Below are positions 47,951-59,033 of a DNA stretch of 64,000 nucleotides, piece after piece. Origin of the DNA: Bacteroidia bacterium (GTDB lineage Bacteria; Bacteroidota; Bacteroidia; 2-12-FULL-35-15); NCBI GenBank assembly GCA_016786925.1, contig JAEUTU010000129.1, forward strand, positions 17,792 to 81,791, in the 5' to 3' direction. The first letter of the stretch is position 1; every line of letters begins with the position of its first letter. The notes under the pieces were generated by a model, which saw nothing but the letters and a program-made list of their open reading frames with translations, did no database searches and was not told the DNA's origin. Both the position numbers and the translations under genes were made by a program.

Positions 47951-49255
47951 ATGAGTGTATTCGAGATCATTGGTGGTAAAAAGCTAAAAGGCGAAATCAT
48001 ACCACAAGGTGCAAAAAATGAAGCCCTACAAATTTTATGTGCCGTATTATTAACTCCCGAAAAAGTTGTCATTCAAAATATACCCGACATTGTTGATGTC
48101 AACAAACTGATCGACCTTTTAAGAGATCTGGGGGTAAAGATCGAAAAGACAGGGCATGAAGAATATACTTTTCAAGCGGATGATGTAAATGTGGATTATC
48201 TGAACTCTGCTGAGTTCAAGAAAAAAGGTGGCAGCTTACGTGGATCCATCATGATCGTAGGTCCACTTCTTTCACGTTTTGGCAAAGGATATATTCCACG
48301 TCCGGGGGGCGACAAAATTGGTCGTAGACGCTTGGACACTCACTTCATAGGATTTCAAAACTTAGGTGCAAAATTCATCTATGATGATGAAAATGATTTT
48401 TATAAAGTAGAAGCCAGCAATCTAAAAGGATGTTACATGCTTTTAGATGAAGCATCAGTTACGGGAACTGCGAATATTATCATGGCTGCTGTATTGGCCG
48501 AAGGCAAAACAACCATTTTCAATGCCGCTTGTGAGCCCTACATTCAACAGCTTTGCAAAATGCTGAACAGCATGGGTGCAAAGATCACCGGAATTGGATC
48601 CAACCTACTAACAATCGAAGGAGTTGAGAAAATGCATGGATGCACGCATCGCATGCTTCCGGACATGATCGAAATAGGAAGTTTTATCGGCTTGGCAGCC
48701 ATGACACAATCGGAGATCACGATCAAGAATGTTGCTTATGATGAACTAGGTATTATTCCAAGTACCTTCCAACGATTAGGGATAAAAATGGAGCGCAGAG
48801 GCGATGACCTTTTTATTCCTGAACAGGAAAAATATGAAATTGACACGTTTATTGATGGTTCCATCCTAACTATTGCCGATGCTATTTGGCCGGGCTTCAC
48901 ACCCGATCTATTAAGTATTGTCCTGGTAGTTGCTACACAAGCTAAAGGAACGGTTTTGATCCACCAGAAAATGTTTGAAAGCCGCTTATTCTTCGTTGAT
49001 AAGTTGATCGATATGGGTGCTCAGATCATTTTGTGTGACCCTCACAGAGCAACAGTTATCGGCTTGAACCGTGAACATCAGTTAAAAGGAATATCCATGA
49101 CATCTCCGGATATCCGTGCGGGTGTTTCACTATTGATCGCAGCTTTATCGGCTAACGGGAAAAGCACAATACACAATATTGAACAAATAGACAGAGGTTA
49201 TCAGCATATTGACGTGCGCTTACAAAAACTTGGCGCACAAATTGTAAGGAAGTAG
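47951..49255 (+). CDS. murA: UDP-N-acetylglucosamine 1-carboxyvinyltransferase
   Basis: 434 aa. EPT family fold. Conserved KNEAL and CDPHR motif region. Confidence 0.9.
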   Translation: MSVFEIIGGKKLKGEIIPQGAKNEALQILCAVLLTPEKVVIQNIPDIVDVNKLIDLLRDLGVKIEKTGHEEYTFQADDVNVDYLNSAEFKKKGGSLRGSIMIVGPLLSRFGKGYIPRPGGDKIGRRRLDTHFIGFQNLGAKFIYDDENDFYKVEASNLKGCYMLLDEASVTGTANIIMAAVLAEGKTTIFNAACEPYIQQLCKMLNSMGAKITGIGSNLLTIEGVEKMHGCTHRMLPDMIEIGSFIGLAAMTQSEITIKNVAYDELGIIPSTFQRLGIKMERRGDDLFIPEQEKYEIDTFIDGSILTIADAIWPGFTPDLLSIVLVVATQAKGTVLIHQKMFESRLFFVDKLIDMGAQIILCDPHRATVIGLNREHQLKGISMTSPDIRAGVSLLIAALSANGKSTIHNIEQIDRGYQHIDVRLQKLGAQIVRK

Positions 49256-49276
49256 AAAAAATTGTAACTTCGGACT

Positions 49277-49825
49277 ATGAAAAAAATTAACATCCTACTT
49301 ACTGTAGCTGCCGTTTCTGTATTAGCATTCGGCTTTATTAAATCTGATAACAAAACGCAATCAGGTGCTGTGGAAGGCACTCAAATAGGCAATAAAGCAC
49401 CTGACCTGAAATACAACACTCCTCAGGGAACACCTTTAGCTTTATCTTCATTGAAAGGGAAAGTGGTATTGATCGACTTTTGGGCTTCCTGGTGTGGTCC
49501 TTGCCGTAGAGAAAATCCAAATGTTGTTGCAACTTATAACAAATACAAGGATTCTAAATTTAAAGGAGCAAAAGGCTTTACCGTTTTCAGTGTTTCCTTA
49601 GATCAAAATAAAGATGCTTGGGTGAATGCTATCGCAAAAGACGGATTGGTTTGGGAAAATCATGTAAGTGACTTAGGTGGATGGGGATCAAAAGGTGCTG
49701 CTCAATACGGAGTAAATTCAATTCCGGCAGGTTTCCTTCTCAATGGTGACGGGATCATTGTTGCAAAAGGAGAACAATTGAGAGGACCGGGATTGGAGAA
49801 CGAGTTAAAAAAACTATTGAAATAA
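49277..49825 (+). CDS. TlpA-like periplasmic thiol:disulfide oxidoreductase (thioredoxin fold)
   Basis: WCGPC active site. Signal peptide. Confidence 0.8.
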   Translation: MKKINILLTVAAVSVLAFGFIKSDNKTQSGAVEGTQIGNKAPDLKYNTPQGTPLALSSLKGKVVLIDFWASWCGPCRRENPNVVATYNKYKDSKFKGAKGFTVFSVSLDQNKDAWVNAIAKDGLVWENHVSDLGGWGSKGAAQYGVNSIPAGFLLNGDGIIVAKGEQLRGPGLENELKKLLK

Positions 49826-49847
49826 TACATTTCATCATTATTTAAAA

Positions 49848-49877
49848 AACAGGATCCTTACGGTCCTGTTTTTTTTT
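49848..49877 (+). terminator. Rho-independent terminator downstream of the TlpA-like gene
   Basis: aacaggatcc-tta-cggtcctgtt hairpin followed by T9. Confidence 0.6.
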
Positions 49878-49923
49878 AACAGCATCTTAATTTTTACTAG
49901 CTTTGATCAAACAATTAGATATC

Positions 49924-51492
49924 ATGAAAAAATATTCTTTATTCATTATTGCATTTTTATTGACAATAGTAGCGAATGCTCAAAACAATGAGCTAAAAAC
50001 ACAATTTGGCTGCTATGGAAATAACGACTCCCTTACGATCAAGGCTATCGAAAAAACAAAAGCCATACAGATTCTTGGGAATGGAAATGCGAACATTAAT
50101 GTGAAAAGCTGGGAACTTGCCATTCAAGTAAAGAAAGGTAAAACGTATACATTTAAAGCTAATTCATCGCTTATTACCGATAGAATACGTGAAGAGTTAT
50201 TAAGAAACTTTAAACGTGCAGAAAAAGTAATGATCCAAAATGTGAATGTTTCTGTTTTTAACAAGAAAACACAGCAATATGAGGATCAAGTGGCTCCAAC
50301 CACAACTTTGTACATGAATGACAAAGCAAAGAAGAAATGTGATGAAAAAACATCTCAAGCGAAAGACGATCTAGTATTAAAATTTTCATGCTATAAAAGT
50401 GGAGAATCGGCTTCTGTGAAAGAAATTCTTCGCTACCCGACTTTCACCATTATCAATTCTAATCCACAAGTTGATATAAAGATCTTATCATACAATTTCG
50501 TTTTACCGAAAATGGATGGTAGAAGAAATCCTACCAACATAGAGAAAATTGCAAATACAACTTTAGGCTTAAATGACTCCAGCTTTAATTATGCAACCAA
50601 ACTACAACCAGGAGAAAATTTCATGTTGGATGATATTAAAGTGGAATTTTATAATAGAAAGACCAAAGCAAGAGAAGTGCTAACAGCTAATCCAATTATC
50701 ATATCCATTCAACGCAATAGCTCTGGGAACTGCGGAGTGGCAGCAGGAATTGATTCTGTACTGGTAATGGAGTATAGTGGTAAATTATTAACCGGAAAAG
50801 AGAAAAACATTCCCTTAAAAAACAAAAAGGTCGTTCTTAAGAACGGAAATGATAGTATCATACAAATTACGGTGACCAATAGTTATGGTGACTTTACATT
50901 TAAAAACTTAAGTGCTGAAGAGAACTATTTGATCAGCATTCCTGCAGAAGACGATGCGCAATTAAAAGATCAATTGATCCATTTGGCAAAAGTAGATGGA
51001 ACAATTGTAAAAACATTGGAACGTTCCGGGAATGCATTTGTATATAAGATCCTTCCTGCAGAATTATATGTATTAGCAAAAGAAGAAGTAGAAGACACGG
51101 AACTTAAGATCCGTAATTTCGGCAAATCATCCGACAAACAACTTACTGTGATCGGAGATATCTATTACGCTCCTAATTCAGCTGAGATAGACGAGAAATC
51201 AATGATCATCCTCGACCAGATTGTTAATGCAATGAATCAAAACATGGGATTGAAATTGGCAATAGAAAGTCATACCGATGCTACCGGGGATGATAATTAC
51301 AATCTGACCTTGTCAGGCAAACGCTCTCAAACAGTTTTAAATTACCTTACATCTAAGGGAATCGCTGCTTCACGATTAGGAGCAAAAGGATTTGGAGAAA
51401 CACAAATAAAAAATCGTTGTAAAAATGGAGTTGATTGTTCGGAATTGGAACATGAATTGAACAGAAGAACCGAATTTAAGTTCACAAAATAA
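49924..51492 (+). CDS. OmpA-family protein with an N-terminal roughly 400-aa domain of unknown function
   Basis: Signal peptide MKKYSLFIIAFLLTIVANAQ. C-terminal OmpA domain (ESHTDATGDDNYNLTLSGKRSQTV...NRRTEF). Confidence 0.8.
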   Translation: MKKYSLFIIAFLLTIVANAQNNELKTQFGCYGNNDSLTIKAIEKTKAIQILGNGNANINVKSWELAIQVKKGKTYTFKANSSLITDRIREELLRNFKRAEKVMIQNVNVSVFNKKTQQYEDQVAPTTTLYMNDKAKKKCDEKTSQAKDDLVLKFSCYKSGESASVKEILRYPTFTIINSNPQVDIKILSYNFVLPKMDGRRNPTNIEKIANTTLGLNDSSFNYATKLQPGENFMLDDIKVEFYNRKTKAREVLTANPIIISIQRNSSGNCGVAAGIDSVLVMEYSGKLLTGKEKNIPLKNKKVVLKNGNDSIIQITVTNSYGDFTFKNLSAEENYLISIPAEDDAQLKDQLIHLAKVDGTIVKTLERSGNAFVYKILPAELYVLAKEEVEDTELKIRNFGKSSDKQLTVIGDIYYAPNSAEIDEKSMIILDQIVNAMNQNMGLKLAIESHTDATGDDNYNLTLSGKRSQTVLNYLTSKGIAASRLGAKGFGETQIKNRCKNGVDCSELEHELNRRTEFKFTK

Positions 51493-51510
51493 TTCTAGAA
51501 ATAGACAATA

Positions 51511-51546
51511 AAAAAGCGGGGCGATTTGATCGCCCCGCTTTTTTTG
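51511..51546. terminator. Bidirectional rho-independent terminator between convergent genes
   Basis: Perfect 9-bp stem gcggggcga/tcgccccgc with loop tttga. An A5 run precedes it and T7 follows. Confidence 0.8.
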
Positions 51547-51559
51547 TTCTAAATAAATT

Positions 51560-53977
51560 CTATTTGATCTTAATGATCTTTATCGGTTTCGTTTGCTCTG
51601 TCCCATTTTGTATTCTCACAAAATAAGCACCTTCACTCAATTCATTCATCAGTTTAATTGAACCGGCAACTTGTGTTAGAGCTTGCTGCTGAACCACTCT
51701 TCCTGAAAGATCTACTACAAATAAAATCGCATTACCTGATAATTCTGAATGCAGATCATAAGCAATAGTTATATCATCTGTAAATGGATTCGGGAAGGCT
51801 CTTACAGTCCCAACACTAGAAGTTAAATCATTGATACCAGTTGGCCCTTCTGAAATCATAAACTTATCAAACCCTGCTTCTACTAAATGCCCTGGAGCAT
51901 TATCAGCAGTCCTAACGATCACTCGCATTGAATCAGTAGGTTGGATATATGAGCTAATATTAAAAGTGCGGTGTATCCAATTTGAATTGTTTGCTGTCCC
52001 AACATTTGCAAACTCAATTCTTACTGTCGTGTCTGCATTACTCAAATAGATATTTAATGAATCGTTTGGGCTACCGCTTCCTCCACCTGTATAGAACCAA
52101 CGGGTATAATCCAAATAAGGAGTAGTGTATGATGTTAAGTCAAAATAGGGAGAGACCAAACGTGTATAGCCTCCGTCCACATCATTATCACTTGCTGTGC
52201 CACCACCATTTCCGGTAACAAAAGCAAGATCAAAGCAATCTGTTGAATCATCCACATCTGGATTCGATTGAACCGTATTATTCATTGTACCAACAGGCTC
52301 ACCTCTTTCCCATGCACCAACTGTTGCTGTTCCATTCACCGTCCAACCGAAATCGAACGTAAAATCATCATAATATCCTTTTTCCAATTCAATGGTAATT
52401 GCTCCGGAAGAAGAACTAATGGATTGTGTTTGCGAACAATTGGTCACATATCCCCATTTACCGGCAGTTAGCTGATAGTTATCGGCATACACAGCAGGGA
52501 AAGTAAAATTCCCAGAAGCATCAGCAGTTGTTTGAAAATCAAAAACCGAACTCATTATACGTACATTCGCATTCGCTACGCCTGTAGATGTTCCTTGTTC
52601 CACAACTTGTCCTGTAAGTGCAAAAGAAGCAATTGGAGATAACTGAACATTTTGAATATTTACGACACCACCACTTAATGCGATACCGGTAAGTACTTTT
52701 GTTACATAACCCGCTTTTGAATAACGAACGGAATAGGTGCCACCCGGAGAAGGAATACCCGTAGCATATTCTCCTGATAATTTAGACCGTTCTGTAGCAG
52801 TAGTAGTTAAGATCTCTACCAATGCATCAAAAATAGGTAAGCCTGTTATAGAGTCAGTTACAACACCTTCTAAGTAACATGCACGCACATAATTCGGACT
52901 AAAAACAAATAAACCTTCATCTATATTGGAGACCACAATTGTTCCTGAAGGTAAATATGGATAAACTCCCCAGTCACCTTCAAAACCGGCACCACTACCG
53001 GCAGGATAAGTATCATAATCACCTACTTGAATTAAATTGTGCGGGCGATCAGCATCCACTATAGTAAATCCATCTTTATACCAGGAAGTAACGGCATAAT
53101 CATTCCCACCTACCTGAATGATATGTGTATTGTGAACAATTACTTGAGAGCCTGGATTTGATTGAATACGATCTAATTCATTGATATTCCCTAAATCACT
53201 CACGTCATAAGCTGTTAAAAATGATCCATCGTTTTCATCAGTTGTAAATAAGGTTTTACTATCGGTTGACAACCAAGTATTGTGTGTAAACTGAGTAGGT
53301 GTAAATTGCTGACTAACCAATTCAATAGGGTTAGATTTATTTGTAAAATCTACTACTGAATAAAAACCGTCATAGATATGCCCAGCATACAAGGTATCAT
53401 TTCTTACATATCCATCATGAACGTATGAAGATGTGGAGTTCTCGTATTTACCCACATAAGTCGGGTTCCATGGATCTGTAATATCAGCCACAACAGCACC
53501 ACCATTGAACAAATTACTACCATACAGATACACAAAGTTATTATCAATATGCAACGCATGGATGGTATTCAACTGCCCGGCTATTGCTCCGTCTCCGGTC
53601 CAATAATGTGATACAACTCCAGCTGTATTTGGCAAGCTGCTCAAATTCACAATTTGCAAACCATTACCACCTTCGCTGGTAACGTAGGCATATTTTCCAC
53701 GCACTTTGATCTCTTTCCAAAGATTGTCCGGTCCGGGAATTTGCAATACTTCCACCGGAGTATTCGGATTGGTAACATCCACAATAGACATTCCTAATGA
53801 TGCACCAACCAGGGCATATTCATTTCCTAATGAATCGACATAACCGCAAATATTAGCACAGGTCTGACCCGGATATTGTAACTGGGCACGAAACGTCACA
53901 TTCAAATTTTGGGCGAATGCAACCGATGTAAGCATAACAGCACTTACAACTGTAAAAAATAAATTCTTAAAATTCAT
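51560..53977 (-). CDS. LVIVD-repeat / beta-propeller-like surface protein with a T9SS type-A C-terminal sorting domain
   Basis: Signal peptide. Repeated LVIVD-like units. C-terminal AFPNPFTDDITIAYDL...AYFVRIQNGTEQTKPIKIIKIK. Confidence 0.75.
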   Translation of the reverse strand: MNFKNLFFTVVSAVMLTSVAFAQNLNVTFRAQLQYPGQTCANICGYVDSLGNEYALVGASLGMSIVDVTNPNTPVEVLQIPGPDNLWKEIKVRGKYAYVTSEGGNGLQIVNLSSLPNTAGVVSHYWTGDGAIAGQLNTIHALHIDNNFVYLYGSNLFNGGAVVADITDPWNPTYVGKYENSTSSYVHDGYVRNDTLYAGHIYDGFYSVVDFTNKSNPIELVSQQFTPTQFTHNTWLSTDSKTLFTTDENDGSFLTAYDVSDLGNINELDRIQSNPGSQVIVHNTHIIQVGGNDYAVTSWYKDGFTIVDADRPHNLIQVGDYDTYPAGSGAGFEGDWGVYPYLPSGTIVVSNIDEGLFVFSPNYVRACYLEGVVTDSITGLPIFDALVEILTTTATERSKLSGEYATGIPSPGGTYSVRYSKAGYVTKVLTGIALSGGVVNIQNVQLSPIASFALTGQVVEQGTSTGVANANVRIMSSVFDFQTTADASGNFTFPAVYADNYQLTAGKWGYVTNCSQTQSISSSSGAITIELEKGYYDDFTFDFGWTVNGTATVGAWERGEPVGTMNNTVQSNPDVDDSTDCFDLAFVTGNGGGTASDNDVDGGYTRLVSPYFDLTSYTTPYLDYTRWFYTGGGSGSPNDSLNIYLSNADTTVRIEFANVGTANNSNWIHRTFNISSYIQPTDSMRVIVRTADNAPGHLVEAGFDKFMISEGPTGINDLTSSVGTVRAFPNPFTDDITIAYDLHSELSGNAILFVVDLSGRVVQQQALTQVAGSIKLMNELSEGAYFVRIQNGTEQTKPIKIIKIK

Positions 53978-54050
53978 GATGGGTATTTATTATTTGGGGG
54001 ATGATTTAATATACCTTAAAGTAAATCATTTTATTTCTAATTAGCAAGAA

Positions 54051-54090
54051 CAAAAAAGTCCTGAACAATGTTCAGGACTTTTTATTTTTT
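54051..54090 (-). terminator. Rho-independent terminator downstream of parC (also reads as a terminator on the + strand)
   Basis: Near-perfect palindrome agtcctgaacaatgttcaggact flanked by A6 and T-rich runs. Confidence 0.65.
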
Positions 54091-54093
54091 TAT

Positions 54094-56805
54094 CTAGAAA
54101 TCGAAATTAATAGTCAGATCGCCTCCATCATCTTTCCCTTTTTTCTTTTTCTTCTTCTCTTCCGAAGGGAGCTTCAACTCAGCATTCAACTGCTGGTCGA
54201 TAGAAATGATCGGCTTTTCTTTCTTCGGCTCCTGCGCTCTTTTGATTGCCTCTAAAGGTGACATCCCACTCTCTTCAAACTCATCCAGCACATCTTCCTC
54301 GATTGGCACTTCCACTGGAGGTAAAAGATTGATCTCTTTCACTTTTGCGTAGGATAATTTATTCCCTTTTGCTTTTAATCCTTTGATCTCAATAAATTGA
54401 GTCAGATCAATACGCTCATCGGGTACTTCTTTATCTTTTACTTTACAGAACTTCACATCAACCACAGGTGTTGCTTCCGTTGTAACGATCTCAATACGCG
54501 AACCAGGCGTTTCAGTAATAAATAACACTTTTTTATCGGTTGGCTCGATCATAAAACGCTTCACAAAATACGTTTTACTCTCTCCATCCAAATAAATAGC
54601 AGATACCGCTTTATTCTGATTGAATTTCTCGATCAGGATCATGTCCTCATCAAAATGAGTCGAAAGATCGAATCCTGTTAATTTATAATGACCACTTTGT
54701 GTGATAGTAAGGATCCTGTCGGTAGGACCAAAACTGCCAAGGAATGTTCCTCGTTTATCGGAATTTAAACGCTGAACAGTATCATCAAAATAAATATCGA
54801 TTGCACCAAGTGTAGAAACACCTTTTTCTTTCAATAAGATCTTACGAACTGCATATTTGGTCACCACGTTACCCATGGAATTTCTTCCTTTCACTGCTAA
54901 TTCAGCAAAATTCAGATCCCATTGCACTTTCCGTAAACCAGGCATAGGTTTTAACTGTACTTCCACAATCTCCGCTTCTCCATTTGGATTAGCAGTAAAA
55001 TATAGCACTTCCGAACCTTTTGTTCCTTTTGTAAGATCATACACTTTATCGCGTGTAACACCCGTTACCGGGAATCGCTTCATGAATACAGCTCCTGATT
55101 TACCATCACGATAGATCATGTTGTAAACAGTACGTTCATCATTTTTCTTGAATACTGCAATATGGATCATGTCTTTTCCAACAAATGCTTTGTCTGCTAC
55201 CTTAGAAACTTTCATTGTTCCGTCTTTCAGGAATACGATGATATCATCGATATCCGAACATTCCGCCACAAACTCATCCTTCTTCAAGCCATATCCGGCA
55301 AAGCCTTCTTCACGGTTAACGTATAATTTTTCGTTGGCAACCACCACGCTGGTAGCAACAATATTTTCAAACGATTTGATCTCCGTTTTACGCTCACGAC
55401 CTACACCGTACTTCTTCTTTAGATTTTTGAAATACTCCACAGCATAATCGATCAAGTTAGCCAAATGGTGATCGATCTCATTGATACGTGCTTCCAATGC
55501 TTTCATCTTCTCATCCGCTTTCTTAGAATCGAAGCGGGTGATACGGATCATCGGAATTTGAGTTAATTTCTCATAATCATCATTTGTGATCGCACGGATA
55601 AATTGTTTTTTGTACTTCGCAAATCGTCCATCTAAATAACCGAATAAGGTTTCTTTATCGGAATAATTTTTAAAGTCGATATACATCTCATCCTTGATAA
55701 AGATCTTTTCAAGGGAAGCAAACAAATACGATTCCTGCAATTCTCCTTTTTCGATCTCCAACTCTCTTCGAAGCAATTCCAAGGTTTGATGAGTAGAGAT
55801 CTTCAGGATCTCATTCACACCGATGAATTTTGGCTTGTCATCTTCAATGATACAAGCATTTGGAGATATTGAAACTTCACAGTCAGTGAAGGCATATAAA
55901 GCATCAATTGTTTTATCAGGCGAGATACCCGGAACAAGGTGGATCACGATCTCTACATTCTCAGCTGTATTATCTTCCACCTTCTTGATCTTGATCTTTC
56001 CTTTGTCATTAGCAGAAATAATGGTATCGATCAAAGAACCTGTTGTCGTACCAAAAGGGATCTCTGTAATAACTAATGTTTTCTTATCTAACTGAGCAAT
56101 CTTCGCACGAACACGAACCTTCCCTCCTCTTAATCCATTATTGTAATTACTAAAGTCGGCCATACCGGCTGTAGGAAAATCGGGAAGAATATCCGTACGT
56201 TTACCTCTCAAAATTGCGATAGAAGCATCGATCAATTCATTAAAATTATGAGGCAACATCTTACAGGCCAAACCAACTGCAATACCCTCTACACCTTGTG
56301 CCAGTAACAATGGAAATTTTACAGGAAGTGTTTCCGGCTCTTTATTCCTTCCATCATAACTTGCCAACCATGTTGTTGTTTTCGGATTAAAAACAACATC
56401 CAACGCAAATTTGGATAATCGTGCTTCAATATAACGCGGTGCAGCTGCTCTATCTCCCGTTAGAATATTCCCCCAGTTACCTTGCGTATCGATCAAGAGA
56501 TCTTTTTGTCCCAATTGTACCAAGGCATCACCAATACTGGCATCACCGTGTGGATGGTATTTCATGGTATGTCCGATGATGTTCGCTACCTTATTGTAAC
56601 GCCCGTCATCTAACTCTTCCATGGCATGCAGAATTCTTCGCTGAACAGGCTTCAAGCCATCTTCCACATAAGGAACAGCGCGCTCTAAGATAACATAGGA
56701 TGCATAATCCAAAAACCAGTTTTGGTACATACCCGAAACATGGGTAATGTTATGCAATTCCTCGCCACCATTTAATTCATCATTGATATTTTCTTCGTTG
56801 CTCAT
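54094..56805 (-). CDS. parC: DNA topoisomerase IV subunit A (type IIA topoisomerase A subunit)
   Basis: Catalytic-Tyr region AAPRYIEARL. GyrA/ParC N-terminal signature LKPVQRRILHAM. 903 aa. It sits adjacent to the parE-type gene. Confidence 0.85.
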   Translation of the reverse strand: MSNEENINDELNGGEELHNITHVSGMYQNWFLDYASYVILERAVPYVEDGLKPVQRRILHAMEELDDGRYNKVANIIGHTMKYHPHGDASIGDALVQLGQKDLLIDTQGNWGNILTGDRAAAPRYIEARLSKFALDVVFNPKTTTWLASYDGRNKEPETLPVKFPLLLAQGVEGIAVGLACKMLPHNFNELIDASIAILRGKRTDILPDFPTAGMADFSNYNNGLRGGKVRVRAKIAQLDKKTLVITEIPFGTTTGSLIDTIISANDKGKIKIKKVEDNTAENVEIVIHLVPGISPDKTIDALYAFTDCEVSISPNACIIEDDKPKFIGVNEILKISTHQTLELLRRELEIEKGELQESYLFASLEKIFIKDEMYIDFKNYSDKETLFGYLDGRFAKYKKQFIRAITNDDYEKLTQIPMIRITRFDSKKADEKMKALEARINEIDHHLANLIDYAVEYFKNLKKKYGVGRERKTEIKSFENIVATSVVVANEKLYVNREEGFAGYGLKKDEFVAECSDIDDIIVFLKDGTMKVSKVADKAFVGKDMIHIAVFKKNDERTVYNMIYRDGKSGAVFMKRFPVTGVTRDKVYDLTKGTKGSEVLYFTANPNGEAEIVEVQLKPMPGLRKVQWDLNFAELAVKGRNSMGNVVTKYAVRKILLKEKGVSTLGAIDIYFDDTVQRLNSDKRGTFLGSFGPTDRILTITQSGHYKLTGFDLSTHFDEDMILIEKFNQNKAVSAIYLDGESKTYFVKRFMIEPTDKKVLFITETPGSRIEIVTTEATPVVDVKFCKVKDKEVPDERIDLTQFIEIKGLKAKGNKLSYAKVKEINLLPPVEVPIEEDVLDEFEESGMSPLEAIKRAQEPKKEKPIISIDQQLNAELKLPSEEKKKKKKGKDDGGDLTINFDF

Positions 56806-56846
56806 ATCGCTTCGCTAATTCTTAAATCAATTAATCATTTCAATTA

Positions 56847-58694
56847 CTATTCCTCTACCAGATCTTTCTCTACCACCAGATTCTCGATAATAAAATCCTG
56901 GCGTTCTTGTGTGTTCTTACCCATGTAATAACTCAACAACTCCACAATATTCTTATCCTTACCTATGATCACAGGATCTTTACGCATATCCTTACCGATG
57001 AATAATTTGAATTCATCAGGTGAGATCTCCCCCAATCCCTTGAATCGGGTAATCTCCGGTTTAACACCTAATTTTGCTATTGCTGCTCTTCGTTCTTCTT
57101 CGCTATAACAATAGATCGTTTCTTTTTTATTACGAACACGGAACAATGGCGTTTGAAGAATATACACGTGACCATTCTTCACCAGATCAGGGAAAAATTG
57201 TAAGAAGAACGTCATTAATAACAAACGGATATGCATACCATCCACATCGGCATCGGTTGCGATCACAATATTGTTATAACGTAAATTTTCAATTCCATCT
57301 TCAATATTCAATGCCGATTGCAAAAGATTGAACTCTTCATTTTCATAAACGATCTTTTTGGTCAATCCAAATGCATTCAACGGTTTACCTTTTAAACTAA
57401 ACACAGCTTGTGTATTCACATCACGGGTTTTGGTGATAGAACCACTCGCTGAATCACCCTCACAGATAAACAAAGTTGTTTCTAATTTTCGTTCATCATT
57501 GGAAGTTAAATGCGTTCTGCAATCACGTAATTTTTTATTATGCAAACTAGCTTTTTTAGCACGATCGCGTGCTAACTTCTGGATCCCTTGCAGATCTTTA
57601 CGTTCACGTTCACTCTGCTGGATCTTTTGAAGGATCGCTTGTGCTGTTTCCGGATTTTTATGCAGGAAATTATCTAACTCTGTCTTTAAAAAATCACCAA
57701 TGAATGCTTTCACAGATGGCCCTTTCGGTCCAACTTCCTGAGAACCTAATTTTGTTTTGGTTTGCGATTCAAAAACCGGCTCCTGCACTTTTATACTCAC
57801 AGCAGCAATGATCGATGTACGAACATCTACGGCTTCAAAATCTTTTTTAAAGAAATCACGGATCGTTTTTACAACTGCTTCACGAAATGCACCTTGATGC
57901 GTTCCACCTTGTGTTGTATGCTGACCATTCACAAAAGAATAATACTCTTCACCATATTGCTGGTTACTATGTGTCATGGCCACTTCAATATCATATCCTT
58001 TCAAATGAATGGTTGGATATAAGATGGGACCGCTGATATTCTGTGTTAACAAGTCGAGTAATCCATTTTCCGACTGGAATTTTTGTCCGTTGTAAACAAT
58101 GCTTAATCCGGTATTCAGATAAGCATAGTTCCATAACATCTTTTCTACATACTCATTAATAAAATGGTAGTTGCCAAAAACTTTCTCATCCGGAATAAAT
58201 GACACTAATGTTCCTTGGCGCGCATCGGAATCAACGATCTTCGATTCCTTCGTTAAATTACCGATATTAAACTCAGCCGATTTAGTTTTTCCTTCACGGA
58301 ATGCCTGTACACTAAAATAGCTGGATAAAGCATTCACTGCCTTAGTACCCACACCATTTAAACCAACTGATTTCTTAAATGCTTCTGAATCGTACTTAGC
58401 ACCGGTGTTGATCTTTGAAACAACATCCACCACTTTCCCTAATGGAATACCACGACCATAATCGCGCACACGCACTGTTTTATCTTTGATCGTCACTTCA
58501 ATGGTCTTCCCATTTCCCATCACAAATTCATCGATACAGTTATCCAACACTTCTTTTAATAGAATGTAGATACCATCATCGGGTGATGAACCATCACCTA
58601 ATTTACCGATGTACATTCCCGGACGTAAACGGATATGCTCATTCCATTCCAGCGTCCGGATACTGTCTTCTGTATATTTTACTTCTTTTGCCAT
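56847..58694 (-). CDS. parE: DNA topoisomerase IV subunit B (type IIA topoisomerase B subunit)
   Basis: GHKL ATPase N-terminus ([16 protein letters not shown]). TOPRIM EGDSA. PLxGK motif. 615 aa. Confidence 0.85.
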   Translation of the reverse strand: MAKEVKYTEDSIRTLEWNEHIRLRPGMYIGKLGDGSSPDDGIYILLKEVLDNCIDEFVMGNGKTIEVTIKDKTVRVRDYGRGIPLGKVVDVVSKINTGAKYDSEAFKKSVGLNGVGTKAVNALSSYFSVQAFREGKTKSAEFNIGNLTKESKIVDSDARQGTLVSFIPDEKVFGNYHFINEYVEKMLWNYAYLNTGLSIVYNGQKFQSENGLLDLLTQNISGPILYPTIHLKGYDIEVAMTHSNQQYGEEYYSFVNGQHTTQGGTHQGAFREAVVKTIRDFFKKDFEAVDVRTSIIAAVSIKVQEPVFESQTKTKLGSQEVGPKGPSVKAFIGDFLKTELDNFLHKNPETAQAILQKIQQSERERKDLQGIQKLARDRAKKASLHNKKLRDCRTHLTSNDERKLETTLFICEGDSASGSITKTRDVNTQAVFSLKGKPLNAFGLTKKIVYENEEFNLLQSALNIEDGIENLRYNNIVIATDADVDGMHIRLLLMTFFLQFFPDLVKNGHVYILQTPLFRVRNKKETIYCYSEEERRAAIAKLGVKPEITRFKGLGEISPDEFKLFIGKDMRKDPVIIGKDKNIVELLSYYMGKNTQERQDFIIENLVVEKDLVEE

Positions 58695-59033
58695 ATTTTT
58701 TTTAGAATCTAGATATAAGACATTAGATTTTAGAAATATCCTAATCCAAAATTTTATTAATTATACTAACTATGAGATCAATAGCCAAATTGCAATTGAT
58801 AATGCTATCAAAAAAACAAGCCCAATCGACCCATTCCAACTTAACTTTAGTACTTTACTAAAGCTTTTTTCTTTCATGAATGGTAAACGGACCAAAACAC
58901 CAACCCTTCTAATTCCCTCCCAGATAACATCCGGTAAGGTTTCAAATAAAATTCCAATAACTGTTTCTAAAATATCACCAATCATTTATTGTAAGATTCT
59001 ATCTAATGTCTAAAATCTCAATACTCAGATCTA

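Noticed and set aside
54857-56095. Three plus-strand ORFs (85-99 aa) inside parC
   Set aside because: Antisense to the 903-aa topoisomerase frame. Ser/Thr/Phe-rich nonsense translations.
58609-59013. 134-aa plus-strand ORF in the parE-ychF intergenic region
   Set aside because: It overlaps the parE start on the opposite strand and has a low-complexity translation. The same-strand 71-aa minus ORF is the more plausible coding candidate and is reported as a low-interest finding.
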